DNA from: an uncultured Clostridia bacterium | Lineage (GTDB): Bacteria > Bacillota > Clostridia > Oscillospirales > CAG-272 | Assembly: GCA_947573405.1 (NCBI GenBank) | Contig: CANPFW010000001.1 | Span: forward strand, 20,322-84,321 | Reading direction: 5' to 3' | Length of the DNA stretch: 64,000 nucleotides | In this document: piece after piece, positions 25,065 to 35,435 of the stretch | Layout of the letters: each line of letters opens with the position of its first letter | Position numbering within the stretch: the first letter of the stretch is position 1 | The notes under the pieces: model-generated | The model's input: only the letters and a program-made list of their open reading frames with translations | Databases searched by the model: none | What the model was told of the DNA's origin: nothing | Translations under genes and position numbers: made by a program

Positions 25065-26816
25065 TTATTCTTCCGTTGTGGATGAAAATGCGCCGAAAGG
25101 ACACATCTGTTCGCAAAGCCCGCAGCCTACGCACATGCCCTCGTCAACCTTTGCTTTCACGCCATTTTCTCCTGCCACCATAGAAATACAGGGACATCCG
25201 ATTTTCATGCACGCTTTGCAGCCCCGGCACTTTTCCCGGTCGACACGCAGCGGGGGCTTTTTCTCCACACCCTTCAAAAGGGCGCAGGGGCGGCGGCAGA
25301 TCACAACGGATGCCGCATCTGCGGCGAGTTCCTCTTTCAGAACCTTCTCCAATTCGGCAGGCTGGGCAGGATCTACCACACGAATGTGCTCTCTTGCCAC
25401 ACCCAGTCCGGCGCAGATATCCTCCAGACAGATATAGGGTGCAGGCTGGTTTTTCAATGTAAGTCCGGTGAGGGGGTTTTGTTGGTGTCCGGTCATACCG
25501 GTGATCCGGTTATCCAGAATGATTACGGTGGATGCACCGCCGTTGTAAATAATATTTACAAGACCGGTCATGCCGGAATGCATGAAAGTAGAGTCGCCGA
25601 TTACGGCTACAGACCTGGAATCGTCTCCCCGTACTTTATTGAATCCGTGCAATGCGGAAATAGACGCGCCCATGCACAGGGTTGTATCCATTGCACTGAG
25701 AGGAGCCACAGCGCCCAGGGTATAACAGCCAATATCTCCCGACACGGTCAGCCCCATTTTTTTCAGGGTATAGAACACGCCGCGGTGGGGGCAGCCGGGA
25801 CATAGTACCGGCGGACGAACGGGGATTTCGTCTGCAACCGATACGGTGCAGGGTTCTTCGCCCAGCAGCTTTTCCCGGAGCAGCTCCTGGGAATACTCGC
25901 CGCACAGGGGGAGCACGTCTTTACCGGTGACTTGAATGCCCAGAGAGCGGCAGAAGTTTTCGATTACGCCGTCCAGTTCCTCGATAACCACAACAGAATC
26001 TACAGATGCGGCAAATTCGCGGATCTGCTTTTCTGACAGGGGATGAATCAGCCCCAGCTTCAAATAAGAAGCGCTCTCTCCATATACTTCTTTTGCATAG
26101 TTGTAGCAGTTGCCCGCGGTAATCACACCAACGGCAGTTCCGCCCATTTCCACCCGGTTGAGAGGGCTGCGGTATGCATATTCTGCCAGATCAGCAAGGC
26201 GCTGTTCCACAACAGGATGGCGCCGCTTTGCATTTCCGGGCATCATAACCCGTTTTGCAGGATCTTTTGTATATTCTAGAATCGGTTTTTCCGTCCGCTG
26301 CTCCAGCTCCACTGCGCTGCCGGAATGGGACACACGGGTAGTAAGCCGCAGGATGAAGGGCGTGTCAAACTGTTCGGAAAGCGCATATGCAAGCTTGACA
26401 AATTCTTTACATTCCGCAGCATCGGCAGGCTCGATCATCGGCAGCTTTGCGCCGATGGCGTAATGTCTGCTGTCCTGCTCATTCTGAGAGGAATGCATTC
26501 CCGGATCATCGGCAACGCCGATGACGAACCCGCCGCCAACGCCTGTATAAGCGGTGATGAATAGGGGATCTGCTGCAACGTTCAGACCTACATGCTTCAT
26601 TGCGGAAAAAGCGCGTCCGCCTCCGAAGCTTGCACCAAGAGCAGATTCCAGCGCTACCTTTTCATTGGGCGCCCATTCTGCGTAAATTTCATCATATTTT
26701 GCTGCAAATTCAGATATTTCCGTGCTGGGTGTGCCAGGATAACTGGATACAAACCGTACGCCGGCTTCATACAGTCCTCTTGCGACTGCTTCATTGCCAA
26801 GCATTATTTTTTTCAT
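25065..26816 (-). CDS. iorA: Indolepyruvate ferredoxin oxidoreductase, alpha subunit
   Basis: MLGNEAVARGLYEAGVRFVSSYPGTPSTEI. TPP region GDSTFMHSG. Two CxxCxxCxxxCP clusters at the C-terminus. Start at MKKIMLG (26816). Confidence 0.9.
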   Translation of the reverse strand: MKKIMLGNEAVARGLYEAGVRFVSSYPGTPSTEISEFAAKYDEIYAEWAPNEKVALESALGASFGGGRAFSAMKHVGLNVAADPLFITAYTGVGGGFVIGVADDPGMHSSQNEQDSRHYAIGAKLPMIEPADAAECKEFVKLAYALSEQFDTPFILRLTTRVSHSGSAVELEQRTEKPILEYTKDPAKRVMMPGNAKRRHPVVEQRLADLAEYAYRSPLNRVEMGGTAVGVITAGNCYNYAKEVYGESASYLKLGLIHPLSEKQIREFAASVDSVVVIEELDGVIENFCRSLGIQVTGKDVLPLCGEYSQELLREKLLGEEPCTVSVADEIPVRPPVLCPGCPHRGVFYTLKKMGLTVSGDIGCYTLGAVAPLSAMDTTLCMGASISALHGFNKVRGDDSRSVAVIGDSTFMHSGMTGLVNIIYNGGASTVIILDNRITGMTGHQQNPLTGLTLKNQPAPYICLEDICAGLGVAREHIRVVDPAQPAELEKVLKEELAADAASVVICRRPCALLKGVEKKPPLRVDREKCRGCKACMKIGCPCISMVAGENGVKAKVDEGMCVGCGLCEQMCPFGAFSSTTEE

Positions 26817-26944
26817 GTATGTAAATTCCTTTCTTTGGGCGGTACACTTTTCTATAAACTTCATCTAATATTATACTGTGCCATGCGAATTGTGTCAAGG
26901 GGAAGGCTATTTTGTCCCCCGGTATTTTCCGGAAGTTCAGATGT

Positions 26945-27472
26945 TTACCGCTTCTCTTTTTTTGTGTCTTCTTTATGCTCATGGGGATTTGCTGCTTCCT
27001 CCCGCTTCAAAAGGGCGGCTGCCCGGAGAAATGCAGCAGCGGGACAAAGGAACAGCAGCGCGCACAGAGAAAATCCCAGTGTCAGAATCATATCTGGCTT
27101 GTCCGTCCAGGAGGCGCACAGATCCGTCCATAGCAGGAGGGGGACTGTCCATAAAAACGGAACGGATATCACAACGGGGCGGATCAGCTTTTTCCCGGTG
27201 AATATCGTTCCAAGAACAATCACAATGCAGACTGCCGCCGCGGCAGCGGTTGTGGAAAAGAACATCCGTAGGAGGGTTTCTCCATCATTTTCGCTGGTGC
27301 GATTCAAAAAGAACAGAACAGTGCCTGTGCACAGCCCGACAAGTCCTACAGCCGATACGGCAAGAAATCCATATCCGGCACGGCAAAACCGCTTTCTGCT
27401 TGGCGCGGAACCAGCAAGAAATACTGCGCCGGCTCCTGCGGCGATACAAACGGCAATCCATATGTACAGCAT
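26945..27472 (-). CDS. Hypothetical polytopic membrane protein
   Basis: Several hydrophobic helices. No family recognised. Confidence 0.5.
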   Translation of the reverse strand: MLYIWIAVCIAAGAGAVFLAGSAPSRKRFCRAGYGFLAVSAVGLVGLCTGTVLFFLNRTSENDGETLLRMFFSTTAAAAAVCIVIVLGTIFTGKKLIRPVVISVPFLWTVPLLLWTDLCASWTDKPDMILTLGFSLCALLFLCPAAAFLRAAALLKREEAANPHEHKEDTKKEKR

Positions 27473-27504
27473 TGTAAATACCTGTCTTTCTTTATAATTT
27501 TACA

Positions 27505-27663
27505 AGCCTACCCTGTGCAAGGGGAACTCGCTGTAAGCTCCCATCGTACCCCAAAGCCTCTCTTGTGCAAAAAGGGGGGCATGGCGCAGCCATGACGGAG
27601 GGATTGTCTATGTAAAACTGTCAATTTGTAACTCCTGCATAATGATCGCTTTACAATCCTTCC
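27505..27663. repeat. Repeat family copy E2: left arm plus core only, with the core overlapping the 3-prime end of the DHH gene
   Basis: H1 hairpins at about 27513 and 27561-27580. H2 catggc-gca-gccatg. Inverted repeats ggagggattgt 27597-27607 and acaatccttcc 27653-27663. There is no right arm. Confidence 0.85.
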
Positions 27664-28561
27664 TTTCTATCAACATGCGTTCCAGTGCGGGAATCACATC
27701 ATTTCCCCGTGAAAGAATCCCGGTATGCCGTGTTTTATTCCATGCATTTTTATCCCTGTTAAACAAATAAATATCTGTTATTTTTTCCAAAGGGATATAG
27801 CATAGAAACACCCAATAATCATATGCTCCGCTGCAGCACGCTGTCTTACAGCATTCCAGCAGTTCCCCAGTCGGCACTGCTTCCTCCTTTTCCGCCTGCA
27901 CGTAGCTGGAAGCAATGCGGTACTTCCCAAAGGTGTATGCCCGAACGTCATTTTGTGCCAATATATCCACGGGTTGGGTAAAATCTGTCAGGCACAGCCC
28001 GTCCCGCTCCAAATCCGGTAAATGAAAGCTCCGCCGAGCGGCGGTTTCTATGATCCACGGCTTGTCCGCCGCCTGAAATTTGGTACTTCTGCAGGCGCGG
28101 GTGTCCATATAAACAGAGGCGAGGGCAAGAAAATCCGTTTCTCGGTTTGTTTGCAGTCCGTATGTGACTGCCTCCTGATATACGATCCGCCCGGCGGAGC
28201 TTGCTGAACGGTTCAGATATACTGGGATGTCCGGTGCATCTATCACGGGGTGGTGATCCGCGCAGGCGACCACCTTGCCGGGCTGGGTTGTAGTGTGACA
28301 GTCACACAAAATCAGCACCGCATTTTTTGGAACCGGCGAAAACAACGCTTCCGGATTATATCCCTGCTTTTGCAGGACTGTGGCGCTATGCGCATCCATT
28401 TTACCATACAGGCAGATTTGTGCATTTATGCCGCACTGTTTCAGAAACTGCTGCATCAGCAGACATGCCACAGCACTGTCGTAATCCGGATGGCGATGTC
28501 CCGTGAGGACTATGGCAGAATCCGATTGATTCAAAACGGTCAGAATTTCTGAAAACAGCAT
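27608..28561 (-). CDS. DHH-family phosphoesterase (NrnA-like)
   Basis: HRHPDYDSAVA and CADHHP motifs. The last 17-18 codons (KDCKAIIMQELQIDSFT, stop) are encoded by the repeat core. Confidence 0.8.
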   Translation of the reverse strand: MLFSEILTVLNQSDSAIVLTGHRHPDYDSAVACLLMQQFLKQCGINAQICLYGKMDAHSATVLQKQGYNPEALFSPVPKNAVLILCDCHTTTQPGKVVACADHHPVIDAPDIPVYLNRSASSAGRIVYQEAVTYGLQTNRETDFLALASVYMDTRACRSTKFQAADKPWIIETAARRSFHLPDLERDGLCLTDFTQPVDILAQNDVRAYTFGKYRIASSYVQAEKEEAVPTGELLECCKTACCSGAYDYWVFLCYIPLEKITDIYLFNRDKNAWNKTRHTGILSRGNDVIPALERMLIERKDCKAIIMQELQIDSFT

Positions 28562-28680
28562 ATTTTGTCTCCCGCCAAATTTTTATATAGTATAAGTTTA
28601 CCCGACCTATAGCAATTTGTCAATCATATTGTAATATAACAGCTGCATAAAGGGCTGTCGTAAAGCAAGCACCCAACGTA

Positions 28681-28948
28681 AAAGGCTCCCCCCAGTAAAG
28701 GGGGTCCCGCGAAGTACAGACAAAAAAGGCTCCCCCAGTAAAGGGAGTTCCCGCAAAGTATAAACAAAAAAGGCTCCCTTGTGCAAAGGGAGCTGTCACA
28801 GCTTTGCTGTGACTGAGGGATTGTAAAGCGATCGTTTTGCATAAATTATAAATCGACAGTTATACCAGACAATCCCCCCGACGGCATCGCTGCGCTTGGC
28901 CGCCACCCCCCTCGGAACTGCCGTAGCAGGTCCTCACAAGGGGGGGCT
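28681..28948. repeat. Repeat family copy E3 (A orientation), preceded by three tandem H1 modules
   Basis: Tandem aaaggctccccccagtaaaggggg... units from 28681. H2 gtcacagc-tttg-gctgtgac. Inverted repeats 28814-28824 and 28869-28879. Right arm ccccctcggaactgccgtagcaggtcctcacaaggggggg. Confidence 0.85.
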
Positions 28949-28987
28949 TTGGGATATGGTGGAGCTTGCAGCGTGTGCCTCCCTGTT

Positions 28988-29524
28988 TTATCCTCTTATA
29001 ATTCCGCAGGCGATTCTGCTGCCTGAGTCACCCGCGGGCTGGCTGTGAAAATCATCCGGATGAGCATGGACAATCACAGTGTGCCCCAGAATTTCTTCTA
29101 CGGTAAACCGATTGGTGGCAACGACCATATAAGCTGTGCCGTTATTTACAAACAAAGGCGGCAGGTCTCCCGCATGATAGGGATGGGGACACCCCTGCAT
29201 ATTCCCGGAGGCTGTCACTGTATTGTCATAGTGCCCGCCTGCATCTGCGAAAGGATCCGTTTCATTTCCCGTACAGCTGCCGCCTGCATGAATATGAAAT
29301 CCTAAAATGCTGCCGCCGCAGGGCTTTCCGCTCGGGGACTGCTGGATTTGATCCGGCAGACCGATAAAATGCGCCTGCACCAGCACCTTATCGGGCATCT
29401 GATAAAATTCGACCGTTCCACGGATTGTACGGTATTCTCTGCTGCCGAACACCCTTGCATAGGCATCTGCCCTGCCTCCAAGCCGTTCTAATATATCATT
29501 GTTTTTATATGTATGAAAAAACAT
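28988..29524 (-). CDS. sodC: Cu/Zn superoxide dismutase family protein
   Basis: GFHIHAGGSC, HAGDLPPL and SGSRIACGII motifs. Start moved to the internal Met (MFFHTYK) at 29524. Confidence 0.8.
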   Translation of the reverse strand: MFFHTYKNNDILERLGGRADAYARVFGSREYRTIRGTVEFYQMPDKVLVQAHFIGLPDQIQQSPSGKPCGGSILGFHIHAGGSCTGNETDPFADAGGHYDNTVTASGNMQGCPHPYHAGDLPPLFVNNGTAYMVVATNRFTVEEILGHTVIVHAHPDDFHSQPAGDSGSRIACGIIRG

Positions 29525-29695
29525 TTTTCTTTTCTCCTTGCCTTTCTTTCGTTTCCATATCAGTATATTCGACACCGTGGCGGGTGTGTACTTTAATTTC
29601 AGGAAAGGCAATCTGTGTTTTTTCTGAAAAGCATAGACAGGAAGGCTGCAATATGATAAAATATCCCAAAAGATCCCATAGAAAGGAACCCTTTT

Positions 29696-31222
29696 ATGAG
29701 CTTTAAGCAAAACTGTGAAATTTCTCTGGTTCAAAATCCCCACGCTGCGGAAAATGTATTCATTGAAAAAGAGCCGGGGAACCACCCCCTGCCAACCTTT
29801 GAACAGGAGCGCGATCGTTTGCCGCACCCGATTTGGGATGGACATGGGGATGCAATCGCCTGCTACTGGAAAGCATGGGAGCTGGCGTTCGGAAATCTGG
29901 GACGGCCTCAGCCCGGCTCCGGATTTGTATCCAATTTTATTGACACCGCATTTAATGGCTGTATTTTTATGTGGGATTCTTCCTTTATACTAATGTTCGG
30001 AAAATATGCAAGCAGAAGCTTCAATTTTCAGGGCACACTAGACAATTTTTACGCCCTGCAGCACAAAGACGGCTTTATCTGCCGGGAAATCATAGAAGCA
30101 AACGGAGAAGACCGCTTCACCCGTTATGATCCTGCTGCTACCGGTCCCGACATTATGCCTTGGTGCGAATGGGAATATTTCAAGAACTTCGGCGATATGG
30201 ACCGCCTCGCAAAGGTGTTTCCGCCGCTGATGGCATATCATGAATGGCTGCGGCTCAATCACACCTGGCCCGACGGTACATACTGGTCCAGCGGCTGGGG
30301 CTGCGGCATGGATAATCTTCCGAGGCAGCAGCCGGGATATGTAATCATGTTCTCCCACGGGCACATGGTTTGGAACGATGCATGCCTGCAGGAATTGATG
30401 AACTGCAACATTCTTATGGAAATGGCACGGCTGCTCGGCAGAGAGGATGAAGTTGCTGGATTGCGGGAAGAACGGGACAATCTGGAAAAGGTAATCAATG
30501 AAAAACTGTGGGATGAAGAAACTGCGTTCTACTACGACCTGTGGAAAAACGGTGAACTAAACATGGTGAAGCATATCGGTGCATATTGGGCGCTGATGGC
30601 TGAGGCTGTACCGGAAGAACGGGTAGACCGGTTTGTGGCGCATCTGGAAAACGAAAAGGAATTCAAATGTCCCCATAGGATTCCTGCTCTGTCGGCAGAT
30701 CATCCTTGGTTTGGAAAAGACGGCGGATACTGGAACGGCGGTGTTTGGGCGCCTACAAACTATATGGTACTGGGCGGACTGGACAAATACGGCAAATTTG
30801 CACTGTCCCACGAGATCGCAAGAAATCATTTGGAAAATGTAGTGCAGGTATATAGAAAGACCGGAACGGTGTTTGAAAATTATGCGCCCTTCCCGGGCGA
30901 GGACGGCACGGCGCGTCCGGGCAATCCTGCCAAAGGAGATTTTGTCGGCTGGACGGGGCTTGTACCGATTGCTGTTTTGCTGGAGCATGTGATCGGGCTC
31001 AAACCCAATGCGGAGAAAAATACAATTTCCTGGCATATTAATCTTTTGGAGCGCCACGGTGTGGAAAAATATCCTTTTGGAAAAAATGCGACTCTGACGC
31101 TGCTTTGTGAGAAGAGAAACAGCAAGGATGAGGAACCGCGGGTTACTGTGCAGTCCACAGAGCCGGTTACGGTGGAAATCATCTGGGACGGCGGACGCCG
31201 GACTATAGAAGCTGGAAAGTAA
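29696..31222 (+). CDS. Six-hairpin glycoside hydrolase (MGH1/trehalase-like family)
   Basis: 508 aa. FMWDSSF, YWSSGWGCGMDN and WNGGVWAPTNY are typical of this (alpha/alpha)6 GH group. The exact family is not assigned. Confidence 0.7.
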   Translation: MSFKQNCEISLVQNPHAAENVFIEKEPGNHPLPTFEQERDRLPHPIWDGHGDAIACYWKAWELAFGNLGRPQPGSGFVSNFIDTAFNGCIFMWDSSFILMFGKYASRSFNFQGTLDNFYALQHKDGFICREIIEANGEDRFTRYDPAATGPDIMPWCEWEYFKNFGDMDRLAKVFPPLMAYHEWLRLNHTWPDGTYWSSGWGCGMDNLPRQQPGYVIMFSHGHMVWNDACLQELMNCNILMEMARLLGREDEVAGLREERDNLEKVINEKLWDEETAFYYDLWKNGELNMVKHIGAYWALMAEAVPEERVDRFVAHLENEKEFKCPHRIPALSADHPWFGKDGGYWNGGVWAPTNYMVLGGLDKYGKFALSHEIARNHLENVVQVYRKTGTVFENYAPFPGEDGTARPGNPAKGDFVGWTGLVPIAVLLEHVIGLKPNAEKNTISWHINLLERHGVEKYPFGKNATLTLLCEKRNSKDEEPRVTVQSTEPVTVEIIWDGGRRTIEAGK

Positions 31223-31257
31223 GGAATAGAATAATAAAGCTCCCGCGAAGTACAAAT

Positions 31258-31440
31258 AAAAAAAGGCCCCCTTGTGCAAAGGGGGCTGGCACGGCTTTGC
31301 CGTGACTGAGGGATTGTTTCTGCTATCATTTTGGATAATCTGCAAATCGGCAGTTTTACATAGACAATCCCCCGACGACATCGCTGCGCTTGACCGCCAC
31401 CCCCTCGGAACTGCCGTAGCAGGTCCTCACAAGGGGGGCT
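31258..31440. repeat. Repeat family copy E4 (A orientation)
   Basis: H1 ggcccccttgtgcaaagggggc. H2 ggcacggc-tttg-ccgtgac. Inverted repeats 31307-31317 and 31364-31373. The right arm ends in cacaaggggggc at 31439. Confidence 0.85.
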
Positions 31441-31496
31441 TTAGGGTATGGTGAAAGCTTATGCCATGCCACCTCCATTGGCACAGGTGAGGTATA

Positions 31497-31530
31497 AATA
31501 AAAAAGGCTCCCACATAGGGAGCCTTTTTT
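31497..31530. terminator. Bidirectional terminator between the GH gene and trmD
   Basis: ggctccc (31506-31512) pairs with gggagcc (31518-31524), flanked by an A-run and a T-run. It abuts the trmD stop codon. Confidence 0.7.
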
Positions 31531-32236
31531 ATTTATACTTATCCAAATACAGCTGATACAGATCCGGTCGGCGTTGTCGGGTCACTTCCTCCGCCTTGGC
31601 AAGCCGCCACTTGTCAATATTTTCATGGTGCCCGCTAAGCAGTACCTCTGGAACATGCTCCCCGCGAAATACTTCCGGACGTGTGTATTGCGGATATTCC
31701 AAAAGGTATTTTTCAAAGCTTTCTTTTTCGTGGCATTCCGCTTCCGGCAAAACGCCGTCAATCAGCCGCCCCACACTGTCTGCCAATATACATGCGGGCA
31801 GTTCCCCGCCTGTGAGCACATAGTCTCCGATGGAAATTTCCTCATCTGCTACTGCGTCTACTGCGCGTTGGTCAATCCCTTCATAATGCCCGCACAGCAG
31901 GATCAGCCGATCATACTGTGCCAGCCGTCCGGCGTCCTCCTGGGTGAAGGTTTTTCCTCTGGGTGACAGATAGATTGTGCGTATCTGTTCGCTCTCTCCT
32001 GCACCTGCTAAAACTGCTTGCCAGCAGTTCCACACCGGCGGCGCTGCCATCAGCATTCCTCTGCCGCCGCCGTACGGCGTATCGTCTACCCTGCGATGCT
32101 TATTCTCCGAATAGTCCCGGATGTTGTGCGCATGCACATCTAAAATCCCGTTTTTTTGGGCACGTCCGATGATACTCTCTGACAAAACCGTTTCCACCAT
32201 TGCAGGAAACAGCGTCAAAATATCAAAGTGCATCAT
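31529..32236 (-). CDS. trmD: tRNA (guanine37-N1)-methyltransferase
   Basis: MHFDILTLFPAM...DDTPYGGGRGMLM. Confidence 0.95.
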   Translation of the reverse strand: MMHFDILTLFPAMVETVLSESIIGRAQKNGILDVHAHNIRDYSENKHRRVDDTPYGGGRGMLMAAPPVWNCWQAVLAGAGESEQIRTIYLSPRGKTFTQEDAGRLAQYDRLILLCGHYEGIDQRAVDAVADEEISIGDYVLTGGELPACILADSVGRLIDGVLPEAECHEKESFEKYLLEYPQYTRPEVFRGEHVPEVLLSGHHENIDKWRLAKAEEVTRQRRPDLYQLYLDKYK

Positions 32237-32760
32237 ACCTCCCGCATCCCTTCAATCAAATGTACATAGATTCCCTCCGGTTTTTCCTGCCCGAAGGATA
32301 TATCCATAATAAACGCAGGCACGGCAGGAATCATAAAGGTTCCATCGCCATCCCGCACTACATATACCGGATGTGCGCCGGGAAAAGTCACATCCTCCAG
32401 CACGCCGCATTTCTCGCCTGTGTCTGCATCAATTACCGGAAGTCCCAGCAGATCTGCCACAAAATGGGATCCTTCCGGCAAGGGAAGATCCTCTCGCTTT
32501 GCATACAGTACCTTATCCCGCAGGGCAACCGCTGCTTCCAATGTGTCAATTCCCTCAAAGGTTGCCAAAACCATATTTTTCTGTACGGAAGCGTGCAGTA
32601 CCGGCATAGCCCGGTATGCACTGTTTTCCAAAAGATACATTGTTTTTAAGGATGCCAGTACAGCAGGCGTATCGCACCGATTTGCCAGACGTACAGCGCC
32701 TTTTACCCCATGGGTATTTACTACCTGTCCGCATTCCAGAAATGCCTGTTTTTCTCTCAT
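32233..32760 (-). CDS. rimM: 16S rRNA processing protein RimM
   Basis: GQVVNTHGVKGAVRL N-terminus with a PRC-barrel C-terminus. 4-nt overlap with trmD. Confidence 0.9.
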   Translation of the reverse strand: MREKQAFLECGQVVNTHGVKGAVRLANRCDTPAVLASLKTMYLLENSAYRAMPVLHASVQKNMVLATFEGIDTLEAAVALRDKVLYAKREDLPLPEGSHFVADLLGLPVIDADTGEKCGVLEDVTFPGAHPVYVVRDGDGTFMIPAVPAFIMDISFGQEKPEGIYVHLIEGMREV

Positions 32761-32782
32761 GTTTTATGCTTATACCTTTCTT

Positions 32783-33448
32783 TTAAACATCTGGGCACTG
32801 AAAACAATCCGTTTTTGTTACAATATAATGCCCATAAAACGTATAGGGCGAATCGGAGAGTATATTCCGGATCTGCCCTGTAAGATACAGATCCTCCACA
32901 GACGGTTCGCGCACATTGTTTGCATGATTGTGCGCCAGAATTACACCATGTGCCTGATACTGCTCCGCCAGCGCCAAAATCAAATCCCCATAAGACTGAG
33001 GGCGGATATATCTTCCCTGTGACAAGACTGCATTTTCAATGACTCGACAGTTTTCATCCAGCAGCAGGGCAGTCACGGTAGAGGCAGGCTTTCCCCTGTA
33101 CCAAAGGTACAAATACAAACATCGCTGAAAGGTGTTTTCCAGCGGATCCCCTTTTAATTCCTCCAGTATGGCACGGCGTGCAAAAATACCGGACATTTTG
33201 ATAAGCTGTGCACTTGCCGGACCGACTCCATCCGTTTGCTGCAGCTGTTCGGGACTGCTTTCCAACAGACCGAGACAGCTCTTGCCATCAAGCAGCGCAT
33301 GTGCAGTAGGATTTGTATTTTTCTGCGATATGGAGAAATACAGCAGCATTTCCAGCAGTTCATGGGGTTCGAAAACATCCCCGCCGTATTTTGACAGCTT
33401 GGCGCGCATCCTCTTGCGATGCTCGCCGTGTATATTTTTCTCTGCCAT
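32783..33448 (-). CDS. radC: RadC-like JAB-domain protein
   Basis: HELLEMLLYF helix-hairpin-helix region and ILAHNHANNVREPSVED (JAMM motif). Confidence 0.85.
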   Translation of the reverse strand: MAEKNIHGEHRKRMRAKLSKYGGDVFEPHELLEMLLYFSISQKNTNPTAHALLDGKSCLGLLESSPEQLQQTDGVGPASAQLIKMSGIFARRAILEELKGDPLENTFQRCLYLYLWYRGKPASTVTALLLDENCRVIENAVLSQGRYIRPQSYGDLILALAEQYQAHGVILAHNHANNVREPSVEDLYLTGQIRNILSDSPYTFYGHYIVTKTDCFQCPDV

Positions 33449-33482
33449 CTTGCTGCAATACCTCGTTTTATCCTTTCTCCTG

Positions 33483-35333
33483 TTACTGTGCTGCCGCTTT
33501 CATCCGGTAAATCTGTACATACCCTGCCTGGGTAATCAGGGTATAGTCATCCCCCATAGCAGCCAGCATCTTTTTTGTGTGACTGTCCGTGTCGTATCGG
33601 GTATCCAATATATAGTATTCTGTCTGCTCCAGAGGTGCATAGTAATCGGGGCAGGCATGCAAATCATCCACATAATACAAATGCGGCATCATATATCCGT
33701 ACGCTGTCACAGAAGCATCGGCAGGGATGCTTTTCAGCGCGTCCGCAGTGGCGTTGTATTCCGCTTTGTTGTTGTAATATCTTGCAATGCTGCGCTGAGC
33801 TTTGGGATATACGGCGGATACCGTGAAAACCATACATAAGGATAGAGCGCCGCAGAAGAACAGCCTCCGCCCGGACGGTCCCCAGCCGGAAACAGTCAGC
33901 AATGCTGATACAAGAAGCAGCGCTGCCGTTCCGTAGGTATACTGAAAATCAATGTCAAACTGATACATCCAGTCCGGCATGAGGTTGACCACCAACAGGG
34001 GAATCAGCAGCACCAACTGAACAGATCGCTTTCCTGCAAATGGTGTAAACAGAAGCGGCGCGCATAGCCACAGAACAAATTCCAGCTTTTGACCGGAATA
34101 AGTAAGCTCCGAATATACCTCCGTTTCAGCGCCGGAAAAAACCTCCCGGATCAGGTATCCGATATCGTAAAAGCATGTGCGCACTGCCGTCAGCAGATTT
34201 CCACCGTCAGCAGACGCAGTAAAGTTGGCAAACCGGTCGGACATGATTTCTCCGCCCGACAAACGGATCATGGCGCAGGCAAATACAAACCAAAGCAGGG
34301 ACACGGCAATGGTTCCCACTGCAAACCACCGATCTCTTCCGGATAAAAGCATCCAGAGCGCCACTGCTGCCACATAGATAAAAGCGTCCTCTTTCACGCA
34401 CAGTACCAGCAGTGCAAACACGGCGGCAGGAATTCGCCTTTGCTCCAATACAAAGGAAATCATATACAGCAGCAGAACTGACAGAAATTTATTTTCATGA
34501 AAATCGTAGAAACAGCCGTTCGCCATAGAAGGATACAGTGCATACAGCGCTGCGGCGCCGGTTGCAAGAAGGGGTGAAAATCCCAATGTGCGGCAGATCC
34601 GCCGCAGAGGGAACATGCCAAGCCCTACAATGACCGCTTGTGCGCAAAGCAGATATATCGGGCTGCGGAACAGCATGTATCCAGGCAGGAGCAGGTAATA
34701 TATAGGAGAAAAATGAACAGCAAAATGAGAAAGATACCGACTGCGTTCCACAGTTGTATACGGCAGTCCGGTTTTTGCCATCTGTTCAAACATTTGGCAG
34801 AAAATCCCGAAATCAAAGGTACCGTGGGCGAATGCTTTGTATTTTGCCACTGTGCAGAAGCATACGAACAGGCAAAACAGGCAGAATACCGCCGTAGTTA
34901 CATACAGAGATGTACGCCAGGAAAAGGAGACGCTTTCCAGTCCGAGCCGATTTTCCTTTGTGAGGTATTTTATGATGATTACAAGAACCGCGCCTACACC
35001 AATGTTAAAAAAGAGATCCCCAGACAGGGTTCCTACCAGCAGCAGACTATATAGAAGTCCGGATATAAACAGGCACCAATTGATAACCCGTGTTGTTTTT
35101 GCAAGCAAAAAGCCTGCCCAAACGAGAATTAGTACGGACAAAAATGTTCCCCAAAAAAGAAGAAGCGGCATTTGCCGCACCCAGGCGAGGCTGGTGAATT
35201 CTCCCGCTGCCGCACAGGTAAAGGAGGCACAGACAAACGCGCATGCAAGCAAGGCAAACAAATCCGTTACGGTAAATCCGTTTTTTCGGTGTATATCTTC
35301 AAGGCGATGCAGGAATGAGCGCATGTGCCGCAT
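33483..35333 (-). CDS. DUF2079-type polytopic membrane protein
   Basis: FDFGIFCQMFEQM...HFSPIYYLLLPGY. 616 aa with many TM helices. Confidence 0.75.
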   Translation of the reverse strand: MRHMRSFLHRLEDIHRKNGFTVTDLFALLACAFVCASFTCAAAGEFTSLAWVRQMPLLLFWGTFLSVLILVWAGFLLAKTTRVINWCLFISGLLYSLLLVGTLSGDLFFNIGVGAVLVIIIKYLTKENRLGLESVSFSWRTSLYVTTAVFCLFCLFVCFCTVAKYKAFAHGTFDFGIFCQMFEQMAKTGLPYTTVERSRYLSHFAVHFSPIYYLLLPGYMLFRSPIYLLCAQAVIVGLGMFPLRRICRTLGFSPLLATGAAALYALYPSMANGCFYDFHENKFLSVLLLYMISFVLEQRRIPAAVFALLVLCVKEDAFIYVAAVALWMLLSGRDRWFAVGTIAVSLLWFVFACAMIRLSGGEIMSDRFANFTASADGGNLLTAVRTCFYDIGYLIREVFSGAETEVYSELTYSGQKLEFVLWLCAPLLFTPFAGKRSVQLVLLIPLLVVNLMPDWMYQFDIDFQYTYGTAALLLVSALLTVSGWGPSGRRLFFCGALSLCMVFTVSAVYPKAQRSIARYYNNKAEYNATADALKSIPADASVTAYGYMMPHLYYVDDLHACPDYYAPLEQTEYYILDTRYDTDSHTKKMLAAMGDDYTLITQAGYVQIYRMKAAAQ

Positions 35334-35435
35334 ACATATCCTCCTTTTAGAAATGATACCAAACTAATCAAAGCAATTGTAGCATATGCCCCCGAAAAGG
35401 TCAATAGATTTGCGCAATTTTATAAGTCTTCCCCG

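Noticed and set aside
26592-27497. 301-aa plus-strand ORF, together with similar long ORFs at 11357..12145, 43195..44064, 44383..45180, 60638..61276 and 61767..62630
   Set aside because: All are antisense to well-supported minus-strand genes (iorA and the membrane protein, ptsI, gldG-like, ABC ATPase, aroC, aroA). Their Cys/Arg/His-rich composition is typical of wrong-strand translation.
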